Origin: Candidatus Dormiibacterota bacterium
GTDB taxonomy: Bacteria > Chloroflexota > Dormibacteria > Aeolococcales > Aeolococcaceae
Assembly (NCBI GenBank): GCA_963819095.1
Contig: CAWFUO010000010.1
Span: forward strand, 18,219-82,218
Direction of reading: 5' to 3'
Length of the DNA: 64,000 nucleotides
Shown: positions 34,358 to 45,979 of the stretch, in pieces
Layout of the letters: every line of letters begins with the position of its first letter
Numbering within the stretch: the stretch's first letter is position 1
Notes under the pieces: model-generated
Databases searched by the model: none
Told to the model about the DNA's origin: nothing
Seen by the model: only the letters and a program-made list of their open reading frames with translations
Made by a program: the position numbers and the translations under genes

Positions 34358-34929
34358 CCCAGCTGATCATCGGCCTGGGCAACCCGGGAGGCGAATACGC
34401 CCGCACCCGCCACAATGTCGGCTGGATGTGCCTTGACGACCTCGAGCGCCGCGGTAAGTTCGGCCGCGAGCGCCGGGAAGGATTGGCTCGCGTGCGAGAG
34501 GGAACCATCGACGGATATGACGTGCTCACCGCTCGCCCCCAGACCTTCATGAACCTCAGTGGCAAGGCGGCGGCGCAGCTCACGAGCAAGCACGGGGTCC
34601 CACCCGCGGACGTCATCGTCATCCATGACGAGGCGGACTTTCCGCTCGGACGCGTGAAGATCAAGCTCGGGGGCAGCGCTGCCGGGCATCGCGGCGTGCA
34701 GTCGCTCATCGACTCCTGGCGCTTCGACGCATTCCCTCGAATCCGCATCGGGATCGGCAGGGACGGGGACAGCAACGACCTCATCGAACACGTCCTCGAC
34801 CCGTTCCTTCCCGATGAACGCCCGATCGCAGAGGCCGCGATCGAGCGCGCCGCCACGATGGCCGTGGCGATCATGCGCGACGGGGTTGCGGCGGCAATGA
34901 ACGTCTGGAACCGTGCCGGCACGGACTGA
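34354..34929 (+). CDS. pth: Peptidyl-tRNA hydrolase
   Basis: IIGLGNPG..Y..TRHNVG, PQTFMNLSG, GHRG, RIRIGIG. Confidence 0.96.
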   Translation: MTQLIIGLGNPGGEYARTRHNVGWMCLDDLERRGKFGRERREGLARVREGTIDGYDVLTARPQTFMNLSGKAAAQLTSKHGVPPADVIVIHDEADFPLGRVKIKLGGSAAGHRGVQSLIDSWRFDAFPRIRIGIGRDGDSNDLIEHVLDPFLPDERPIAEAAIERAATMAVAIMRDGVAAAMNVWNRAGTD

Positions 34930-37900
34930 TTCCCGCCGCCCCTCGACCGCCGTGGCCGCGGCCACGCTCCGGGAACGTCTCGACCAGCTGCCCGAGCTCG
35001 CCCGGCTCCGTACCGCTCGCGGCGGCATCGTGGCAGGAGTGCCATCTGGCGCCGTGAGCCTGCTGGCCTGGTGGCTGCGCGAGACCACGTCGCGCACCGT
35101 GCTCGTCGTCGCGGCCGAGTTCGGAGCGCGTGTACGCGGACTCGCTGGTGTGGGACGGTGGCAGCGGCGCCGCGATCTTTCCGGCGGGCGACACGCCGCC
35201 GTTCGACAGGGTGCCGCCGTCCGAAGAGGTGACTCGCGCGCGTCTCGCGACGCTCATGCGCCTGCACGCCGGGGTGGAGCCGCTCATGGTGGTGGCATCT
35301 CCGCGCGGGCTGCTCCGGCCGACTCTCTCGCGTGGCGTTGTGGAGGCCGGCCTGACCGAGGTGAAGCGTGGCGCGAGGCTCCCTCGCGATGCGCTGATCG
35401 CGCGCCTCGTTGAGCTCGGCTACCGGCGCGAGAGCGCCGTCTCCGTCCCCGGGCGATTTCGCGGTGCGAGGCGGCATCGTCGACGTCTTCGGGGTGGATC
35501 GCGCGCGACCGTGGCGCGCCGAGTGGTTCGGCGACGACGTCGAGGACCTGCGCGCCTTCGACCCGGCCACGCAGGAGTTCGATCGCCAAGCTCGAGTCGG
35601 CGCAGGTCTGGCCTGCGCGCGAGCTCGACCTCAGCAGCGAGTTCGGTGGCCCACGCGCTCGCGGCGGTCGGCCGGCTTGACTCGACGGCACTCCGCGACG
35701 ACGTTCGTGAGCAGTGGGAGAGCGATTGCGACCTGCTGTCGTCGGGGGTCTACGAGGAAGGCCTCGACCTCTTCTTCCCGTACCTCGGTGGCGACCCCGC
35801 GGCGACGCTGCTGGATCACGTCGATGACCCGATCGTCCTGCTCGACGGCGGCCGCGAGCGGCTGATCGCTGCGGCGGCGCGCCACGCCGGGGAGATCGAG
35901 GGGCTGCGCCTCCAGGAGGAGGCTCGCGGCGAGCTGCCCCACGGTGCGTCCGCAGGCCTCGTCGACGTCGGCGCAACTCTTCACGGCGCTCGATCGCTTC
36001 ACCACCTTCGAGTTGCTCCGCGAGGCGCCCGGCGACACCGGCCTCGCGGCAGACCTCGGGTGGCGAGGCGTGGACAGCTACGTCGGGCGTTTCGATGCGT
36101 TCGTGCGCGAGGCGCTCCACGAGCGCGACGAGCGCGGCTGCGTGCTGGTGGTGTCGCGGCAGCAGCACCGCGTCGAGGAGCTCGCGGCCGAGCACGGCGC
36201 CGACACGGTGGACGCGAGCGATTTCGCCGCCGCGACAACTGCACTTCCCGCCGGCGCGATCGTGGTCGCGTCCGCCGACCTCACGCAGGGGTTCGCCGTC
36301 GCCGATGGGTCGGTGCACGTGTACACCGATGCCGAGCTGTTCGGTGCCGTCAAGCGGCGTCGCTCCGTGCTCGCCAGAGGATCACGCCGGGCGGTGTCGA
36401 CGTCGGCGCGCGGCTCACGCCGTGCCGCCAGCGGCAACGCCGCGCGCGAGGCGTTCGTGCTCCAGTTCGCGCCCGGCGACCTGGTGGTGCATCGCGATCA
36501 CGGCATCTCGCGCTTCGTCGAGATGCGGGCGGTCACCGACGACGGCGGCGCGGTGCACGAGTACATGCTCCTCGAGTACGCGGAAGGCGACCGGCTCTTC
36601 GTTCCCACCCAGCATCTCGATCGCGTCGACCGTTATGTCGGTGGCGCCGAGTCGCATCCCAAGCTGTCGCGGCTCGGGACCGGTGAGTGGGAGCGGACGC
36701 GGCGCCGCGTCAAGGAGCGCACCGAGGAGGTCGCGCGTGAGCTGCTCGGTCTGTACTCGCGGCGCGAGCAGGCGCAGGGGCATGCGTACGCGCCCGACGG
36801 CGCGTGGCAGCAGGAGCTCGAGGGCTCATTCCCATACCAGGAAACGCCCGACCAGGTGCTCGTGCTCGAGGAGATCAAGCGCGACATGGAGGCGTCGCGT
36901 CCCATGGATCGCGTGGTGTGCGGCGACGTCGGATTCGGCAAGACCGAGCTCGCGGTGCGCGCCGCGTTCAAAGCAGCGATCGAAGGCCGCCAGGTGGCGA
37001 TGCTCGTTCCCACCACCGTGCTCTGCCAGCAGCACTTCATCACCTTCACCGAACGCCTCGCCGCATTCCCCATCACCGTGCGCCAGCTCTCGAGATTCGT
37101 CAGCGACGATGAGATCGCGCGCACGCTCGCCGGGCTGCGCAGCGGCGCGGTGGACATCGTGGTAGGCACCCACCGCCTGCTTCAGAAGGACGTCGAGTTC
37201 AAGAACCTGGGTCTGGTCGTCATCGACGAGGAACAGCGTTTTGGCGTGCTGCAGAAGGAGCGCTTCAAGGAACTGCGCGTCGCGGTGGATGTGCTGTCGC
37301 TGTCGGCAACACCGATTCCGCGCACGCTGCACATGTCGCTTGCCGGCATCCGCGACCTCTCCGTCATCCAGACGCCGCCCGAGGAACGCCAGCCGATCAA
37401 GACGTACGTGACCGCGCGCGAGGATTCGTTGATCCGTGAGGTGATCACCCGCGAGCTTGCGCGCGGTGGCCAGTGCTTCTTCCTGCACAACCGCGTTGCG
37501 GGCATCGAGGCGGTTGCGGACCGGCTGCGCGGCCTGGTGCCGGAGGCGCGCATCGAGGTGGCGCACGGGCAGATGCCGGAAGGCATGCTCGCGTCGGTGA
37601 TGCGCAGCTTCGGGGACGGTGAGATCGATGTGCTGCTCTGCACGACCATCATCGAATCCGGGCTCGACATCCCCAACGCCAACACCATCGTGATCGATGA
37701 CGCGCACCGGCTTGGACTCGCGCAGCTGTACCAGCTGCGCGGCCGTGTCGGACGCGCGGGCCAGCGTGCATATGCATACATGATGTATCCGCCGGCGAGG
37801 TCGCTCACCGAGAAGGCGGACAAGCGACTCGATGTCATCGGCGACCTGCAGGACCTCGGCGCGGGGTTCAAGCTGGCCATGCGCGACCTCGAGATTCGCG

Positions 37901-38484
37901 GAGCGGGCAACCTGCTCGGCGAGGAGCAGCACGGGGAGATCGCCGCAGTCGGGCTGGAGCTGTACAACCACCTGCTCGCCGATGCGGTGACGTCACTGCA
38001 GGGGAAGGCGGTTGTCGAATCGCCCGCGCAGGTGACCGTGACGCTGCCGGTTGCGGCATTCCTTCCGGCGGAGTACGTGTCGGACGAACGCCTGCGATTG
38101 CGCTGCTATCAGGAGCTCGCAGCATGTGTCAGCGAGCAGGAGCTGGATCAGCGCGCACGCGGGCTCGTCGACCGATTCGGGCCGATGCCGGCGCCAACGT
38201 CGGCGCTCATCGACTCGCTGCGCGTGAGACTCCTCGCCGCCGCCGCCGGTGCACTCGGCGTCGACACCGAGCGCGGCCGCGGCGTCGTCATCCGTCTCAC
38301 CCTCGACCATGGCCTCGACCTCCAAGCCGTTGCGGCGCAGTTCCGCGGGATCACCGCCACGCCGTCGCAGCTGCATCTCGGCGATGCGTGGCAGACGACG
38401 CTCACGCCGGTGCTGCGGGAGCTCGGCCGTCTCGTGCGTGCACAGAGTCGCGTGCCTGTCGGAGCGCAGAACGCCCGTGCGTGA
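34913..38484 (+). CDS. mfd: Transcription-repair coupling factor (apparent frameshifts in 5' part)
   Basis: FAVRGGIVDVF, CarD-like RID, CGDVGFGKTE, DEEQRFG, TPIPRT, QLRGRVGR, TRG motif. Confidence 0.95.
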
Positions 38485-39301
38485 CGAATCGGTCGAGGCG
38501 CTGCGCGCGCTCAACGAAGTGGTGGAGCGGCTGCGCGCACCCGGTGGATGTCCGTGGGACCGCGAGCAGACCCATCGCAGTCTCCGCCCGTATCTGCTCG
38601 AGGAGACGTACGAAGTTCTCGAGGCCATCGACAAGGTGGAGCCGGGCACGCTTCGTGAAGAGCTCGGTGACCTGCTGCTCCAGGTGCTCATGCACAGCGC
38701 GATCGCGATGGAGGAGAAGGATGGCTTCGACATCGGCGATGTCGCCAACGATGTTCGAGCCAAGATGATCCACCGCCATCCGCACGTGTTCGGCGATGTC
38801 GCCGTGGACGGACCGGCCGGCGTCGTCGTCAACTGGGAGAAGCTGAAGAAGGCCGAGAAACGCGAACGCGTCTCACTCCTCGACGGCGTGCCCGCGGCGA
38901 TGCCGGCGCTGGCGCACGCGCAGGGCGTGCAGAAACGCCCGGCCCGCGTCGGGTTCGATGAGACCCCCAGCGTTCCCATCGCGCTCGACGCCGTCAGAGG
39001 CGCACTCGATCGTGTCGAGGATGTCGCGGGCGGTCTCGCCGAAGCCGAGCGCGGCGAGGACTGGGCGTCGGAAGCCGGTGATCCCGAGGTCGCGATCGGT
39101 GACCTGCTCTTCGCCGTGGTCGCCCTGGCCCGGCGGCTCCGCGTCAATCCCGAGGAGGCGCTCCGAGGGCGGGCGATGGGTTTCGCGGCCCGGTTCCGTG
39201 CGCTCGAGGCTGGCGCCCGCGCAGACGGCGTCGACCTGCACGACCTCGACGACGCCGATTGGCGCGCCCGCTGGGAGGCGACACGGCCTTCAGGGCCGTA
39301 A
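38477..39301 (+). CDS. mazG: Nucleoside triphosphate pyrophosphohydrolase
   Basis: GCPWDREQTHRSL, EELGDLLLQV, RHPHVF; tandem MazG domains. Confidence 0.95.
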   Translation: MRDESVEALRALNEVVERLRAPGGCPWDREQTHRSLRPYLLEETYEVLEAIDKVEPGTLREELGDLLLQVLMHSAIAMEEKDGFDIGDVANDVRAKMIHRHPHVFGDVAVDGPAGVVVNWEKLKKAEKRERVSLLDGVPAAMPALAHAQGVQKRPARVGFDETPSVPIALDAVRGALDRVEDVAGGLAEAERGEDWASEAGDPEVAIGDLLFAVVALARRLRVNPEEALRGRAMGFAARFRALEAGARADGVDLHDLDDADWRARWEATRPSGP

Positions 39302-39383
39302 ACGACAGGATCGTTTGCCTCGCGGCGCGAGCGGACCCCGAAGGCGACTGTGCTCGTGGAACGCCTGAGAGGCGTTCTGTCCC

Positions 39384-39959
39384 TTGTCAAAACGCGTCCT
39401 GGGCCGCATCCTATGCCGGCACCCGGCGTCACATCGCCCCATTCGTCTCACTCAGCGCCGGGAAGAGGATCGCGCCATCCGTTCCACCCCACGTCCAGGC
39501 ACCGAGAGCCCGATCACCCTGCGCCGGATTGCAGTTGTCGTGATCGCGGGGATCTGTGGCCTGGTGGCGTTCGCGGTGTACGGGCAGGTGGCGCAAAGCC
39601 GCCATCTCGACGCCCAGGTCACTGCACTCGCATCCCAGAATGCGGCGCTGACGAAGCAGATCTCCGAACATGAGCAGGAGATCGCCGATGCGCAGACCGT
39701 CGCCTGGCTCGAGGAGGAGGCCCGCCAGCTCGGCTACGTCTTCCCGGGCGAGAAGCTCTATGTGCTCGTCCCGCCGGGCGCCCCGCACAGCTCGACGGGC
39801 GGTGTGTCGGTGCCGATCCCCACGTTTAAGGTGCTGCCGCCGCCGACCCCGAAGCCGTCGCCCACTCCGAAGTCGAGCGCGTCACCGAGCCCGAGCCCAA
39901 GCCACGGCCCGACACCCACGCCGACACCAACTCCCAAGACGACACCGACGCCCCACTGA
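39384..39959 (+). CDS. Septum formation initiator (FtsB/DivIC family) with Pro/Thr-rich tail
   Basis: TM helix, coiled coil, EEEARQLGYVFPGE motif. Confidence 0.85.
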   Translation: MSKRVLGRILCRHPASHRPIRLTQRREEDRAIRSTPRPGTESPITLRRIAVVVIAGICGLVAFAVYGQVAQSRHLDAQVTALASQNAALTKQISEHEQEIADAQTVAWLEEEARQLGYVFPGEKLYVLVPPGAPHSSTGGVSVPIPTFKVLPPPTPKPSPTPKSSASPSPSPSHGPTPTPTPTPKTTPTPH

Positions 39960-40006
39960 GCGCTGGCCGGGGCGAGGAGGCAATGCCACGTGCGGTATCC
40001 TCTGAG

Positions 40007-40081
40007 AGCGGCGTGGAGCAGTGGAAGCTCGTCGGGCTCATAACCCGAAGGTCGTCGGTTCGAATCCGACCGCCGCAACCA
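40007..40081 (+). tRNA. Initiator tRNA-fMet(CAT)
   Basis: GGG/CCC anticodon stem, CTCATAA loop, unpaired 1:72, CCA encoded; TATCCT -10 upstream. Confidence 0.93.
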
Positions 40082-40095
40082 CCCCTCCTCGCGCT

Positions 40096-41247
40096 CTACG
40101 TGTCGTTCCCCTCCGCGAGAGTGAAGCTCATCGCGCTGGAGTTGGCGCTGTAGCCGGCCGCCTCGCACATCTTCGCCGAAACGCAAGACACGCCCGCCAG
40201 TTCGGCAAAATCCTTGTTCTTCGGTGTCGGGATGGACTTCATCGACCAGGTCGTCCCGTTCCATCGCTCGGCAAGGGCGATGAAGGGGCCGTTGACCGGC
40301 TCGTACATCCCGGTGGCGGTGCATGCCGTGGCGCTGGTGCACGAGACGCCCTGGAGGTCGCCGACATAGCCGCTCGGGCTGGACTGCACCAACCACGCGT
40401 GGCCGTTCCAGCGTTCCGCCAGCGTCACGTCCTGGGTATTGGAGTACTCATTGCCCACCGCGGTGCACGCCGAACCACTGGTGCACGAGACACCGTTGAA
40501 CAGACCGTGGGTGAGCCCGCTCGAGTACGGCGTGGGCTGGATCGACCACGTGGCGCCGTTCCATCCCTCAGCCAGCAGGTATTCGTTGTGCGTGCTGTCC
40601 TCCGAGTATCCGACAGCGATGCAGCTGACCGAGGACACGCACGACACACTGTTCAAGACGGTGAAGGTGCTGCCGGTGGGGTTGGGCGTCGTTGCGACAC
40701 TCCACGTGGTGCCGTTCCATTGCTCCGCGAGGGTGACCTCCGGCCCTCCGACTGTTGCCTGGTAACCGCCCACGGCAGTGCAATCACTCGGTGTCGGGCA
40801 CGACACGCTGAAGAACTGTGGTCCGTACACGCCGGGGCTCGGTGTCGACTGAACGGCCCAATGGGTGCCATTCCACCGCTCTGCCAGCGTGAATTCGTTG
40901 CCCGAGGTGTCGAAGTAATACCCCACCACCGTGCACGCGGAGGCCGAGGAACACGACACGCCCTGCAGGCCGCTCAGGTCGGCTCCGGCCGGCTCCGCGA
41001 TCACCTCGGGCTTCCAGGCGGTCCCGTTCCAGAGCTCCCCAAACCCGAACAGCTTCGCGCGTTCCGTGCCGACCGCCATGCAGGTCGTGACTGCTCCGCA
41101 TGAGACCGCGGCGAGCCGCGCCTGGCCGACCTTTGTCGACTGCGTCGGCTGGATCTTCCAACCGGACGAGCCCGACGCCGATGCGTGGCTCGAGGCTGCG
41201 ATCACAGCAACAAGGACAACCATTCCCGCGCCGGCGATTCGCTTCAT
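40096..41247 (-). CDS. Secreted Cys-repeat (probable beta-propeller) protein
   Basis: Signal peptide; about 7 repeats of VSCxSxxxCxAVG...LAERWNGxxW. Confidence 0.8.
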   Translation of the reverse strand: MKRIAGAGMVVLVAVIAASSHASASGSSGWKIQPTQSTKVGQARLAAVSCGAVTTCMAVGTERAKLFGFGELWNGTAWKPEVIAEPAGADLSGLQGVSCSSASACTVVGYYFDTSGNEFTLAERWNGTHWAVQSTPSPGVYGPQFFSVSCPTPSDCTAVGGYQATVGGPEVTLAEQWNGTTWSVATTPNPTGSTFTVLNSVSCVSSVSCIAVGYSEDSTHNEYLLAEGWNGATWSIQPTPYSSGLTHGLFNGVSCTSGSACTAVGNEYSNTQDVTLAERWNGHAWLVQSSPSGYVGDLQGVSCTSATACTATGMYEPVNGPFIALAERWNGTTWSMKSIPTPKNKDFAELAGVSCVSAKMCEAAGYSANSSAMSFTLAEGNDT

Positions 41248-41354
41248 ACCCCTCTCCTGAATCATCCCAGACGGATCGCACCGATCCTTGCAGGGTAGCA
41301 ACGTCCAGGCATCCATGACGGATACGAACTCGTTTGGTCAGGCCGGCCGCGAGG

Positions 41355-42938
41355 TCACGCGTCGAGGACGGCCCGGACGTGGTCGATCAGATCTGCGGCT
41401 TTGAACGGCTTGGAGAGAAAGCTGATTCCCTGGTCGAGCACCCCTTGAGAGGCGATCACCGTCTCGGGATAGCCGGACATGTAGAGCACGCGAATGTCGG
41501 CTCGCGCCTCGGAGACCAGCTCGGCCAGCTCGCGCCCGGTGAGTCCGGGCATCACCACGTCAGTGAGCAGCAGGTCGATGGTGCCGGGGTGGCTGTCGAT
41601 CAGCGCCAGCGCGGCGCCGCCACTTGAAGCAACAAGGACCTCATATCCATGCTCGGTGAGAATCCTGATGGCCACGTCGCGTACCAGCTCTTCGTCCTCT
41701 ACGAGGAGGATGGTTTCTCCGGTCGGATACCGGCGCGCCACCGGTCGTGGGCCAACCTTCGCGGCAGCAGCGCCGGCCACGCTCGGAATCAGGATCGTGA
41801 CGGTGGTTCCGGCTCCGACCTCCGATTGAATCTCGACCATGCCTCCGGTTTAACTCACGATTCCGTACACGGTGGCCAGGCCGAGGCCGGTGCCCTTGTC
41901 CTTGGGTTTCGTGGTGAAGAACGGCTCGAAGGCCCGGTCGATCGTCGTCTGGTCCATTCCCGTGCCTGTATCGGTGACGCAAACACGAACGTAGGGGCCG
42001 GCAGCGACCAGGGGATGCAGCGTCGCGAACGTCTCATCGACGATGAAGTTCTCGGTCGCGACACTGAGCGTGCCTCCGTTCGGCATCGCATCGCGCGCGT
42101 TGACGGCCAGGTTGAGCAGAATCTGCTCCATCTGTCCCCGGTCAGCTCGCACGGCGGCGAGCACTGGCGCGCCCGTTGTGATCAGCTCCACGTGCTCGCC
42201 GATCGTCCGGCGCAGGAGTGTCTCGACGTCGCGAACGATGTCATTGATATCGAGGACTTCGAGGTTCCTGACCTCTCTCCGTGCGAAAGCGAGCAGCTGA
42301 TGCGTGAGCGCCGCCGCGCGTTCCGCCGCAGCGCCGATCTGCCCGACGTCGCTGAGAATCGCGGTGAGGCGTTCGCGGGAATCAACGGGCCGGGTGTCGA
42401 GCTCAGCGCTGACCCCATCGGAGACGAATGCGACATGGTTCAGGATCGCCGCGAGCAGGTTGTTGAAGTCATGGGCCACACCGCCGGCCAGCTGACCGAG
42501 GCTCTCCAGGCGGTGAGTCTGGTGTAGTCGTAACTCAATGAGGTCGCGGGCGCTCTGCACCTCGGCGCGATCCTGCTCACGCTCTGCCACTGATCGCTCC
42601 GACGCATCCCGAATCGCTGCGGAAACAAGTGGGCCTTCCTTGGTATCAACGGCCGACAGAGAGATCTCCACCGGGAACTCCGATCCATCTTTTCGCCTGC
42701 CGTCCAGTGGGGTTCCTTCGGCCACCTGGATGTTGGGCTGGCCCTTGACCTGTCGTGCCCGACGTCCACCAGAGCTCGTACGGGATGCCTTCGGGACGAT
42801 CAGCTCAATCGGCTTGTCGATCAACTCGCGTTGGGTATAGCCGAACAGCTCTTCAGCCTTCGGATTGACGAGTGCGATCAGGCCGCTCTCGTCAACGCCA
42901 ACCGCTGCGCCGTCGCCGGCGATCCGCCCCGTGGTCAT
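41355..42938 (-). CDS. PAS-histidine kinase-REC hybrid with an in-frame TAA at 41850-41852
   Basis: GRRKDGSEFPVEIS PAS, GGVAHDFNNLL, NARDAM, FEPFFTTK, GTGLGL; REC (LLTDVVMPG) continues in the same frame after the stop. Confidence 0.88.
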
Positions 42939-44741
42939 CGTGGCCCCATGTGGAGACCTTCTCGCATGGCAATCACGACAGCCTCGAGCTTGGAGTGGGC
43001 GCCAAGCTTCTCGATGACACGCTGCAGATGGTTACGAGCGGTGTTGATGCTGATCGACATCGTTTGAGCAATCTCCGCCAGGGAAAGACCGCGCGCAAGG
43101 TGTCCGAGCAACTCGAGCTCGCGACGCGTGATGTCGTCTCCAATGCGGCGAGCTTGATGACGGAGACCCGAAACCACCAGCGTGAGGAGCTCGGGCGCGA
43201 TGACGACCTCGCCGTCGTGCACGCGCCGCACCGCATGCGCGACGGCGTCCACCGTAGCCGTCATGACGACCACACCCGAGCATCCGGCAGACACGCATCG
43301 CACGGCCGCGTCGGTCGCGGCTGTATCGATGAGGACGATCACCTTGGTCTCGGGCTGCTCGCGCAGCACTGCCTCTATCAAGGTGGATGCTTCGCCGTCC
43401 GGCATGCGGTAGTCGGTCAGGAGGACGTCGGGCCGGAGGGTTCGCACGGCGTCGAGCGCATCACCGATCGTCCGCGCGCTCCCGAGCACGCGTATCTCCC
43501 CGCGACGGTTCATGAGTCGCAGCAACCCTTCCACCAGGAGCGGTTCATCGCCTGCAACGACAATTCGCGTAGCTCGAGGCGTCGGTGGATCAGGGAGTGC
43601 TTTGGTGAGATCGAGCACCGCGTCGAGGTGATCGAGAAAGAGATCCAGGACCTGTGGATCAAAAAGCCCTTCACGATCCCGGAGCATGACGTCCACGGCA
43701 GTCTCCACGGGAAGGGCGGCCCGGTAGACGCGATCGCGCGTCAGCGCGTCGAAGACGTCCGCCACCGACGTGATACGTGCCTCCAGCGGAATGTCCTCCC
43801 CGCGGCGGCCGTTCGGATACCCGTCGCCGTCCCAGCGTTCGTGATGGTTGAGCGCAACCGACGCCGCAAGTTGGAGCACCGGGCTGCTCGAGCCGCTGAG
43901 CAGTGCATGTCCGAGTTCGCAGTGGCGTTCGATGATCGTCCGCTCGTCCGCTGAGAGCCGGCCCGGCTTGAGCAACACCCAGTCGGGGATGCCGATCTTG
44001 CCCACGTCGTGCATGGCAGCGGCGAGCCGAATTGCCGGGGCCGGATCGACAACAAAGCCGCACCAGCCGGCGAGGGCAGCCGCGGTGATGCTGACCCGCT
44101 CGATGTGGCGGCCGGTATCGTCGTCACGCAGGCACACCGCCGAACTGAGATGCCCAACGATGCGTTCGTCCTCGAGTGACGATCCCAGGGTGACATTTTC
44201 CAGGCGCAGCTTGAGCTCGCTGATCCCGACCGTGCTCTCGATCACTTTGCGCTGGAGTTCGAAGACCTGACTCACGTAGGCCCGTTCGAGACGGCTTCTG
44301 CGCAGCGCGCTGCCGACCTGCATCAGGAGCTCGTTCGGGGTGAACGGTTTGACCACGTACCCTGAGGCTCCCTCTTCGAACGACGCCTCCGCGATGTCGA
44401 CATCGTCGGACCCTGTGAGGATCACGATCGCGGTGGCGAAACTCCGAACCCAGTCCTCTTTGAGGAGCACCGATCCCGAACTCGCCTCCGAGCTCGAGGT
44501 CGACCAGCGCAACCTCGGGACGGTGTTGCTCCCAGAGCACTCGCGCCTCGGCGACGCTCCCGGCTTGCACCACGGCGTAGTGAGCTCGTGTGAGCACCCG
44601 CTCAGTGGTTTCGCGCATCACCGGATCGTCATCGACGATGAGGACCGTCGCACGTGTCGACGAGGCATGTGAGACCTCGGTTTGGCACGGAGCAACCGCA
44701 GATTCCGGCGCGATACGCGTCGTCGACGCTGTCTGTATCAC
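42935..44741 (-). CDS. REC-HD-GYP-REC-LuxR HTH fusion (apparent frameshift near 44480)
   Basis: VLIVDDD REC; HDVGKIG...HHERWDGDGYP...VADVFDAL; second REC (LTDYRMP); C-terminal LuxR HTH. Confidence 0.85.
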
Positions 44742-44742
44742 G

Positions 44743-45798
44743 TCACGCCAGCCCATTCCGGATGCCGGCTCTCGGCGCGTGGCTCGAGGGCTGTCGCCGG
44801 CGTGTGACCTGGCGAGCAGACCAGAGCGCAAGCGCGAGAAGCAGGAGGAGCGCCAGACCGATGCCGACGATCGTGGCCATGGTGGGCCCGGACGAGAACT
44901 GCATTGCAAGAGACTGAGAATGCAGCGTCGCCACAACAACTCCATTCACCAGGACGCTGAGCGTCGCACGGGCACGGTACGTTCCGGACACCGACGCGCT
45001 GTGGTGCCACCGCGCAGCGAGCGGCGCATGACCATTGGGGACGACGTAGGCGTCGGCGGGCGTCAACGGCAGCCGCGCAATGCGCTGGCCGTCAGCGTTG
45101 AGCACGTCGACCGAGCCCGCATAGGTGATCAGGAGGTTCCCGTTGTTGGACAGCATGATGCCAAATCCGACCTGCCCGGCAACGGCCGTTGATCCGACCA
45201 ACGGGCTCAACACAGCCGACGAATGCGCCGCCCCTGGCACAGACACGACCGTGATCAACGCTGCGCGAGCTTCGATCGGAGTGTTTTGCGCGGTGGCACC
45301 GACATCTGCCGACACCACGACTGCGCCGAGGTGCTGTCCCGGCGACACGATTGCGGGCACAGTGACCGTGAAGCGATCGGTGAACTTCGCGTGCGCGGCG
45401 ATCGTCACCGTGGGTGTCGTCATCGCTATCCAGGCGCCCACTGCCCGCTTGATTGCTGTGGGCTGGGCTGGGGCGAGCCCACCGCCGGTGGCGGTGATGA
45501 GGTCAGCGCCATAGACGTGAAATGTCAGGACCCGATTGGAGAGGTTCTCCACGACGATCCCGTCAGTGACGCGTTGTCCCGGGAGCAGTGCGTAGTTGAA
45601 ATGTCCTCCCGGTAGGGTCGTGCTTCCCTCTTCCGCGGGATGAACGCCGAACAGTTGCGCCGGGATCGGTGCTGCCGTTGGGGCGGCGAGTGCGGCAGGC
45701 GCGCCTAACAGAACGCCACACACGACCGCGAGGCTAGCCGCCACGGCGATCGTTCGATGATGAGCTCTGACGCCACGTGCGGTCAACTCAATCTTCAA
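44743..45798 (-). CDS. DUF916/WxL-interacting-protein-like surface anchor
   Basis: Signal, FGVHP...HFNYALLPG...VENLS...VYGAD...VGAWI, NNGNL, C-terminal TM and Arg tail. Confidence 0.7.
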   Translation of the reverse strand: MKIELTARGVRAHHRTIAVAASLAVVCGVLLGAPAALAAPTAAPIPAQLFGVHPAEEGSTTLPGGHFNYALLPGQRVTDGIVVENLSNRVLTFHVYGADLITATGGGLAPAQPTAIKRAVGAWIAMTTPTVTIAAHAKFTDRFTVTVPAIVSPGQHLGAVVVSADVGATAQNTPIEARAALITVVSVPGAAHSSAVLSPLVGSTAVAGQVGFGIMLSNNGNLLITYAGSVDVLNADGQRIARLPLTPADAYVVPNGHAPLAARWHHSASVSGTYRARATLSVLVNGVVVATLHSQSLAMQFSSGPTMATIVGIGLALLLLLALALWSARQVTRRRQPSSHAPRAGIRNGLA

Positions 45799-45922
45799 TA
45801 CATCCTTCCCACCCCATGATGCACGCGGAGCGGCTCGGAATCCGTCACAGCAAGGCACCAGTCATGTCGACTTGTGACGACATATGGGGCGCTTCGCCGT
45901 CGGGAACCGTGTGAGACAGGCG

Positions 45923-45954
45923 AATCGGCGCCTGCCCTGCGTGAGGCGCCGATT
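45923..45954 (-). terminator. Stem-loop downstream of the WxL-like gene (terminator or stabiliser)
   Basis: Perfect 11-bp stem AATCGGCGCCT/AGGCGCCGATT, 10-nt loop; no U-tract. Confidence 0.5.
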
Positions 45955-45979
45955 GAGCGCAGTTCGCTAGATCTCGACT

